DNA of 46,889 bases from Octopus sinensis (lineage: Eukaryota). The notes under the pieces are model-generated. The model searched no databases. It saw nothing but the letters and a program-made list of their open reading frames with translations, and had not been told where the DNA came from. The translations under genes were made by a program, and so were the position numbers. Below, in pieces: positions 38,155 through 46,889 of the stretch; position 1 is the first letter of the stretch; every line of letters begins with the position of its first letter. The stretch lies in contig NW_021829899.1 in NCBI RefSeq assembly GCF_006345805.1, positions 1 to 46,889 on the forward strand, read 5' to 3'.

Positions 38155-38332
38155 CACACATTTTTTTCTTCTTGTTTCTCTCCTTGTTTTTTTCTGTGTA
38201 TCTTTCTGTAGAAGAGCGTAGGCTCGAAACGTAAAAGACTTTTTCTATTCCTGAACGTTATAAATAATACATATGTTTGTTTGTATACCCCCTGCCTTCG
38301 TCTTTTGTTTATTTTCGTAAACTTTCCCTTTA
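38155..38332 (+). mobile_element. Family B short hammerhead-bearing element, second copy
   Basis: Colinear with 29445-29632. Confidence 0.8.
38201..38238 (+). ncRNA. Minimal type I hammerhead-like motif, A6U core variant
   Basis: TCTTT-CTGTAGA-A-GAGC(GTAG)GCTC-GAA-ACGT-A-AAAGA. Confidence 0.7.
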
Positions 38333-39084
38333 AATATATATATATATATATATATACAAGCGTATGCATGCGCATGCGTATGCAGGCAAAATATAAGAAA
38401 TATGTCCCATGAAAATAGTAGCATTAAGACTTATCTTATTACCGAAAACCACACGGACTCATATAACGCATGACATACACACACACACAAAAACACGCAG
38501 ACACACATATATGCATATATGGGTGTATATACACTCACACACACACACATATGTATATGTATGCGTGCGTGTGTTTGCGTTTATATCTACGCGAGTGTTT
38601 GTGTCAGTATAGGCACCCCTATGTTTATATATGTGTAAGTATATATATTTTCTCAAACACACACAGACCTACGCGTATATAGGTGTACATTTGGGCGTGC
38701 GTGCATATGGGAGCGTGTCGCTGACTACGTCTATGTCAAAGAAAATAATTGCTGATGCTATCATCAAAATCCGAATGGATTATCAACGCAGGCCAAGCGA
38801 TCTCCGCAATCAATACCATTAAGCGACTTGTAATCTTGTCTGTTGACTCTGTTCTTGTAGCAAGGACACTACGCCTGCTTGCTCTGTACAGCGTCCTTTA
38901 TGCTATACATAGAACGAAATTAAATGCAACATATGTACATATGTATATATATATATATGTATATATACATGTGTGTGTATCTTCAGCTATAAGATATATG
39001 TTATGTCTATCTATATGTATGGCTAAATGCATGTGGCCCAGTATGTACGTATGGCAATTCTCACACACATACATATAGATGTAT

Positions 39085-39129
<45 letters not shown>

Positions 39130-39415
39130 CGTATATTCACTCATACAGGAGTAAAAGGAACACAACATTATTTTTCTCTGTATGTATGTACGCATATGTG
39201 TAAATAGATAAATAAATATACATATGTATATATATGTATGTATATATGTGGGGGTGTGTATGTGTGTCTGTGTATTTGTGTCTCGGGACAACATTTGCTT
39301 CTGTATATTCTGTATATCTGCTGTCCGTTTGTATGTGTGTATGTATGTATGTATGTATGTATGTATGTATGTATGTATGTATGTATGTATGTACGTATGT
39401 ATGTATGTATGTATG

Positions 39416-39456
<41 letters not shown>

Positions 39457-40159
39457 CTCTATCTATCTATCTATCGATCGATCTAAGTATGCTTCTACAT
39501 GTGCGTTTGTGTACAAGTGTATGTATAACATATATCTTTCTATGAAATAAATGTATCGATCTGTTTGCCCGTCCTGTTTGTCTAAACATCCACCGAAGTT
39601 TTTTCACGATTTCTATGCTTGTAAATCGCTATTTGTAACTATAATTGCATAATCATATAAAAAAGCTATGTGTACATATATGTAAATATTAAATGATGGT
39701 ACTTATTTGAAAGCAAGTTCTAGACTGAAAACCGGCCATTCATTTACGGGAGACTCAGTAATGAGTGTAGACTCAAATATATTACAAATTTACTATTCAC
39801 TCGAGATTTAATTGTCCTTTCACCGCTGTATTATTTACCATGGGTCGTATCATAATTTCCCAGACAATTGACTCATATGTATGTGTGTGTGTATATATAT
39901 AAATGAAACAAAAACGGAATAGAGGGCATCAGAACGTTCGGACAGATAGGTAACACAAAGGCGGACAAGAGAAACAATTAGACGGACGGGCAAAGAAAAA
40001 GAAGACGGGTCATTCTTGGCTTTCTTTCATCAGTCAAGTACCAGAAATTACGACCATTTCGGACAGTTACACTTTAGATGGTTCGATCTGGTTGTCCCCT
40101 CAAAAGTCTAAGCTAAGTGTACTAGTCCCTTTTGTAAGAAAGCTATATATAAGTACACA

Positions 40160-40696
40160 TGCATATAAACCTGGAGATCAGGGGAAAAGAGGATGCCTAC
40201 GCTGAACTATTGAAAAATCTGCAGTTACTCTATCCAGATTACAAGTCCAGGTTTATGCGTGTAATTATTGGAGCACTGGGATATGTAATACACTGCCTAA
40301 ATACCAATCTTGAGAAATTAGGCTTCTTGAAACCAGAAAGAAGAAAGCTGACTTGAATATTACAGATCCAGTTCATCATTGGAACTGTAAAAGTCTGTGA
40401 AACTTTCCAGGAGATTATTACTTCACTATTTGTGAGCGTGTCTAGATATGGAACTATATGCGTGAAATTACATACAAGAAACAAAACACACAAATCAACA
40501 CGTATACATATACATGCATACATGCATACATACATACATACATACATACGTACGTACATACATACATACATACATACATACATACATACATACATACATA
40601 CATACATTTCACTATTTGCGAGCGTGTCTAGATATGGAACTATATGCGTGAAATTACATACAAGAAACAAAGCACACAAATCAACACGTATACATA
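40160..40696 (+). mobile_element. 3' end of an RLE-type LINE with (TACA)n tail and duplicated 3' UTR
   Basis: KEDAYAELLKNLQLLYPDYK..VIIGALG; 89-bp UTR repeated at 40422-40510 and 40608-40696, each followed by (TACA)n. Confidence 0.8.
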
Positions 40697-40892
40697 CATG
40701 CATACATGCATGCATGCATGCATGCATACATGCATACATACATACATACATACATACATACATTCATACATACATACATACATAAATACATACATACATA
40801 CATACATACAAACATACATTCATACATACATACATACATACATACATACATACATACATACATACATACATACATACATACATACATACATA

Positions 40893-41004
40893 CAAAAATA
40901 CCTGTTGTTGATGTTGAAATTGCAATGAAAGAGCCTTGGAACTAGATTAGAAGCCAGATCTTTTTCTATTGGCAGGAAATCTTGAAATAAAACTGAATAA
41001 TGAC
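40893..41004 (+). mobile_element. Family C short element following (TACA)n
   Basis: Reverse complement of 37437-37541. Confidence 0.7.
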
Positions 41005-41403
41005 ATGCATATGTATATATGCTTGTAGCTGATGAATGATTACTATGCTGTAATTTCTCTCGTTTACTTGAACATAGTGCGAATTACCGTTATGAAGATG
41101 TGGAGCTATATTTCCAGGCAGTTGGGCACCCTCACACTTCTATAGAAATGTCAGAGCATATCTGACCCTGATTATGCCAATCATGTGGACAAGAGGCAGT
41201 ATAGCATTTCGTGTTCACCGGATCTCGTACCTTTAGAACTTTTTTCTATGGAAATGCTTAACAGATAAAATTTTGTGTACGAAAGAGGAAACTGAATGCG
41301 AAGAATATCGAGAATCTTTCTCTATGTTTGCGATTCCAATACTTCTTATATTATTTACACTATTTACATTTGATGGATATTTGTCCTCATCCTGTTTGTT
41401 GTT

Positions 41404-41449
41404 AACACAAAGTTTCGGCTGATTTACTCTCCAGCCTTCATCAGGTGTC
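41404..41449 (-). ncRNA. Minimal type I hammerhead motif (helix III palindrome mutated ACGT>ACTT)
   Basis: Minus strand GACAC-CTGATGA-A-GGCTG(GAGAGTAAAT)CAGCC-GAA-ACTT-T-GTGTT. Confidence 0.8.
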
Positions 41450-41521
41450 TGGGGGAAATTGTGAACATGGGTTCTCATTCCTAAGGTATTTTTCGATGTT
41501 GTTGTTGCTGTTGTTGTTGTC

Positions 41522-41578
<57 letters not shown>

Positions 41579-41585
41579 CAGGTCA

Positions 41586-41640
41586 AGTGGTTAAGAGCGA
41601 GGGCTACTAAACTCAAGATTCCGAGTTCCATTCCAGGCAG
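41586..41640 (+). promoter_or_regulatory. 5'-truncated tRNA-like (Arg-like) head with Pol III A/B-box remnants
   Basis: AGTGGTTAAGAGCG...CTACTAA...AAGATTCCGAGTTCCATTCC resembles tRNA D-arm, anticodon arm and T-arm. The B box has one mismatch. Confidence 0.7.
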
Positions 41641-41643
41641 TGA

Positions 41644-41756
<113 letters not shown>

Positions 41757-41823
41757 TAATAATAATAACAACAACATCGAAAAATATCTTAGGAATGAGA
41801 ACCCAGGTTCAAAATTTCCCCAA

Positions 41824-41869
41824 GATACCTGATGAAGGCTGGAGAGTATATCAGCGGAAACGTTGTGTT
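41824..41869 (+). ncRNA. Minimal type I hammerhead motif (one stem II mismatch)
   Basis: GATAC-CTGATGA-A-GGCTG(GAGAGTATAT)CAGCG-GAA-ACGT-T-GTGTT. Confidence 0.8.
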
Positions 41870-42489
41870 AACAACAAACAAGATAAGGGCAAATATCCGT
41901 CAAATGTAAATAATGTAAATAATGTACATAATTCGTCATCTCTTAAATATAGAACTGTGTCCAATACTTCTTGTTACCAAGATTATTTGAACAAGAAATC
42001 TCTTTAGCTTGAGAACAGCCGCTCATAAGAAAAAATCAAATTCAGTCTGTAGATGTTATCAAATTTTGAAAATGAAATGTATTTTTTTATAATCATTAAG
42101 TGGGTGGGCAGTTTTGCTGGGACACACTATACATACATACATACATACATACATACCACAACATACATACATACATACATACATACATACATACATACAT
42201 ACACACATACATACATATATACAAATATACATATATATATCTATATATATGTGTATGTATACACATACAGGTATATACATGTATTAACGTGATAATGTTA
42301 ACACTTAAAGCATTGCAACTAATTGGCTAGTTATTGTAGTATATACGCAAAAACACCTACACATCCACATATAAACTGTATACATGTGCAACAACAACGT
42401 ATATATGAGAAATCTTCATGTAACAGAATATCTTCCTCTGGCATGATTTTTATCAAATATCTTTTCGTCTCGCAGGTGTTGCGGTATAG

Positions 42490-42549
<60 letters not shown>

Positions 42550-42852
42550 TGTATGTATGTATGTATGTATCATGCATGCATGTATGTATGTATGTATGTA
42601 TGTATGTATGTATGTATGTATGTATTATGTATGAATGTAGGTAGGTAGGTATGTATGTATGCACATACATACACATATATACACGCACACATATACATGT
42701 ATGTATGTATATATGCATATATATATATATATATACATACAGACATATATACATGTAAGTGTAAGTGCATATATATTTTACATACATATATATACATGTA
42801 TGTATATATGCATATAGATATATGCATTACATATATATATATGTATATGTAT

Positions 42853-43197
42853 GTGAAGGCGCATGGCTCAGTGGTTAGAGCGTCGAGCTTACGATCGTGA
42901 GGTTGTGAGCTCGAATCCCGGACCGGGCTGCGTGTTGTGTTCTTGAGCAAGGCACTTTATTTCACGTTGCTCCAGTTCACTCAACTGTAGAAATGAGTTG
43001 CGACGTCACAGGTGCCAAGCTGTATCGGCCTTTGTCTTCCCTTGGATAACACTGGTGGCGTGGAGAGGGGAGGCCGGTATGCATGGGCGACTGCTGGTCT
43101 TCCATAAACAACCTTGCCCGGGCTTGTGTCTAGGAGGGTAACTTTCTAGGTGCAATCCCATGGTCATTCATGACCGAAGGGGGTCTTTACCCTTTAT
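42853..43197 (+). mobile_element. tRNA-derived CORE-like SINE S3, well preserved
   Basis: A-box TGGCTCAGTGG, B-box-like GAGCTCGAATCC, block TGTGTTCTTGAGCAAGGCACTTTATTTCAC, tail CTTTACCCTTTA. Confidence 0.92.
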
Positions 43198-43826
43198 ATG
43201 TATGTGTATATATAAAGCACACATATACATATATATATATACATGTATATATACTGTACAGTATATATGTATATAGGTGTGTGTGTTCATAGCTAATTGT
43301 GTGCCTCTGTTCTGTCCGCGCGTATTAAATTTCTGTATGTATGCATGCGTCTATGAGTGTGTGCATGTGTGTGTGTGTGTGTGCGTTTTTGTACACACAT
43401 AGATACACACATTTGCATATACATCAATAGTATTTGTAATGTTAATATCATGATTACTATCACAAGGTATCGCCATCATCACCATCATCTCCATCATCAT
43501 CATCATCATCATCCCCATCATGATCATCGTCATCATCCTTCTCCACTCCCCTCTCCTCACCACCTCCTTCTCTTCACCTTCATCGTCGTCATCATCATCA
43601 TCATAATCATCATCATCATCATCATTACCTTACTCCTCCTTCTCCTCCTCCTCCTCCTCCTGCTCATCATCATCACCTTCATCTTTATCATCATCATTGT
43701 CTTCATCGTTATTCACGAGACAATGTTATCTTTTAAAGTTTAGGTCACTAGGCTCTTAAGTCAGAGTCATTGTTGTTTTGTTTTATTTATTTTGTTATAC
43801 CATTTACTACTATTTGTTTAAATTAG

Positions 43827-43858
<32 letters not shown>

Positions 43859-44044
43859 ATATATATATATTATATATATGGTGTATTTCTTTATGATCTG
43901 AATCTTATCCGGCCGTTTAATTGCATGTAGCCTCATTGCTTCAATATATCCATATTAATATTAGCTCAGAAAAATATAGACTTGGTTTCAAAAACGAAAC
44001 ATTTGTTTACCCCAACAGGAATAAAAATGATAATTATTATTAAT

Positions 44045-45420
44045 TTCATATACATTCATCAGATTAAACTGTTGGAAAAGAAAATAATCCTAACCTCGGA
44101 CTACAACAAGTAACCTTAGATGCCAAGAACCCGCCTAAGTATCCTAGTTGTCCATAATAACATTGTTTTTCTGGAGCTGTACTAAACTGTGTTTTATGCT
44201 TATTTCCTCTATCCATCTGTTCAGATCTTTAGGGATAGTTCCCAATGTACCTATAACTACTGGCATACATTTTACCCGCACTTTCCATAGCTTCTGTAAT
44301 TCAATAGCTAGGTCCTGGTACTTTGCTATTTTTTCTATACTTGACATATAAATGTTTTCATCATTTGGGACTGTAAAGGCAATTATTTGGCTCTTTCTAT
44401 TGCCTTTATCTTCTACTACCTAATCATACCTTCTAGCTTATATTACTCTGTCAGTCGGAATGTTAAAGTCCCACAACATCTTACATTTCTTACTTTCTGG
44501 TAGCTTATTAGGTTCATTTTCATACTATTTATCAGTATGTCCAAATTTTAGCTTTCTACATAATTCCTAGTGGACCACTCTCCCTAGATTGTCATGTATT
44601 TTCTTGTATTCTTTCTGTGTCGGCATGCTACATTCACATACTCTATGAGTAATGTTTTCCTCTTTTGATTTGCATAATCTCCATTGGGAATCTACTTAGT
44701 TTTTGTCTATCTTGGTTTTTATCCAATTAGTATTTAATGCTTGATCGTATGCAGCTACTAACAAATTTATGTCCCCCTCTTCAGCTTTCCTTTCTCCGGC
44801 CATAACCTTGTCTCACTACAACTATTTGCTGAAACTATAATTGGGAATCTACCATGGAACGCCTTCTTCTGTCACACAGATAATTTTTGTTTTTTCTGGT
44901 TTTTAAGCTCGTTTGGTGTTTTGCTTTCCCCATGTCTGTGACTGTAGCAGCTTTTAATAAACTTTCTTCACTATTATGTATATAGGAGTCTATATCTATT
45001 CTAGCTAACTCCACACAGTCTTCTAATGATATTAACCCTCTCCGGCCTTCCTTTCTAGGTAAGAGTAATCTTGCTATTCTTGCCTCTGGGTGTAGTCCTC
45101 CATTCCTATTGAATTATTTCTTAGTTCTTCCGTCTAGCTTTGCTAATTCAGTTTTTGTCCAATCTACAAAAGCTGCTGAGTATCTAAGTAATGATACTAC
45201 CCAAGTATTTTCAGCCTTCATTAGATTCGGACCATATAGCTTTGACTTCATTAGCTTCATTACCCTTCTGATGTACTCCTTCTCAATTTTCGCTTTCATT
45301 TCCGTAGTTAGTACTCTGTCAGATTCTAAGGTTTGTTATAAGTAGTTATAACTCTCTCCTCCTTTCAATGATTTTAATGTCTGACCATCTGATAATTGGA
45401 TGACTTCGCAGTCACCAACT
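44045..45420 (-). mobile_element. Old 5'-truncated R4/Dong-like LINE (RT end, thumb, knuckle, endonuclease)
   Basis: KEYIRRVMKLMKSKLYGPNLMKAENTWVVSLLRYSA, LHPEARIARLLLPRKEGRRGL, MLWDFNIPTDRVI, EKIAKYQDLAIELQKLWK..PVVIGTLG; multiple stops. Confidence 0.92.
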
Positions 45421-46234
45421 AAGGCAGAAACTGAAGGGAGAATCGATCTTGTATTCGGTTAATATGTGGAATGAGAAGATCCGGCGCTGCCCTTTGATCG
45501 CTGGCGATTTGGCGCTAATAACGGAACATTCTACCCGTTTCGATGACTGTACGTTTTCACTAAGAGGGCAAACACTCACGTACGCGCGCGCACGAGAAGC
45601 AATATATACATAAAGACTGGAAAAATTGGGGTTAACGTAATTTTTTTTTCACACGGAACTTGATTAACATATACACTCTCCATCTCAGACAAAGAAATAT
45701 GATCACGTGCATTAACAGGGAGAAAGCGAAAGGGTGAAAGAGAATGGGAGAGAGAGACAGAAAGAGCGAGAGAGAAAGAGAGATGAAAACAAGAGAAACA
45801 TTTAAACGTCGGATGTCAAACAAATCAGCATCAAATCATCGACGTCAAATAGATGGTATCTAGACGGCGCCAAAACGATAGTGTCAAAATGTCTTATACC
45901 TGTTATTCAGCTGAAAGTGTGCCCAACCGCGTTTAAGGAAAAATAAAAACCATCAAGAGTAATTAACGCGATTGCCTATGAAAATATTGAAGATTCCAAC
46001 TAATTGATATTGGTAGGTGGCAATGAAGTTACAGAATTGTTAGGGAAAATGAGAGCAAAGAAAGAGCCGGATAATCAATGAGTGGTGGTGGGAATATGAT
46101 GACTTCGGCCCAAGAATCGGTCAAAATCCGTTCCAGTTCATACGCGTACAATAGTATTGGGTTTTCTTACGTAATATATTCTTTCATATAGTACCAGACA
46201 GGTCATGCGAAACAGCTGTAAAGATATACCTCTT

Positions 46235-46583
46235 GCTAGTTTTGACAATTAGACTGTGGCTATGCTGGGGCAACGCATAGAAAAAATTTAGTCAAACCAA
46301 TTGACTCAAGTAATTATTTAAAGTTTGGTACTTATTCTATCTGTTATTGTGGCCGTAAACACAGCACCACCGGTTGTTAAACGATGGTGGAGGACAAAGA
46401 CAGACAAATAGATAGACAGCCAGACACACATGCACACATACAAATATATGTACATATGGCGGGTTTCTTTCAGTATACGTCGAACACATCCAGTCATGAG
46501 GCTTGCCCAAGGTACACTGCAGTGGGACCGAACACAGTAGCATGTGATTGGGAAGCAACCTTCTTACCTCACAGCCATGCCCG
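46235..46583 (-). mobile_element. SINE family X, degenerate
   Basis: CTTGCCCAAGGT.C.C.GCAGTGGGAC.GAAC...GATTGGGAAGCAA.CTTCTTACC.CACAGCCA is the reverse complement of the family X head. Confidence 0.78.
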
Positions 46584-46756
46584 TTGACACTTAACACATA
46601 TATATGATATACACAACCATATGTAAATACTCGTGGATGTATGTATATATATATATATATACATACGTATGTGCGTGTTGTGTGTGTGTGTGTGTGTCCA
46701 GAGAGAGAGAGATAGGAGATAGAGAGATAGAGATAGAGAGAGAAAGAGGGAGAGAG

Positions 46757-46824
<68 letters not shown>

Positions 46825-46889
46825 GTATGCAAAGATGTCTCAACTGTCATTAGCACTCTGCTGAAGTTGAATATCCTAGCCCTGACTTT

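Noticed and set aside
42853-42925. tRNA genes at SINE heads (also 11880, 31640-31710, 41586)
   Set aside because: No complete cloverleaf with a paired acceptor stem; each continues into a SINE or element body.

Overview
Repeat-saturated, AT-rich eukaryotic non-coding DNA. The mix of (TA)n/(TACA)n/(AAT)n/(GAA)n/(GA)n microsatellites, tRNA-derived SINEs and R4/Dong-like LINEs suggests a coleoid cephalopod, probably Octopus (inference). I cannot support any intact host gene, and nearly all ORFs in the track are microsatellite translations. Recognisable content: six fragments of restriction-like-endonuclease LINEs (R4/Dong type), several modular SINE families, two mariner relics, a pogo-like relic, three Helitron pieces and a MITE-like element. 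The main signal is a set of short non-autonomous elements carrying minimal type I hammerhead ribozyme motifs with palindromic helix III, in at least three families plus degenerate relatives. Several are fold-back inverted repeats whose complete arm carries an extra ~30-35 nt tail, and two of these are centred on tRNA-like Pol III heads. This architecture points to SINE/retrozyme-like elements mobilised by Penelope-like retroelements. All alignments and folds were done by eye; no database searches were run.
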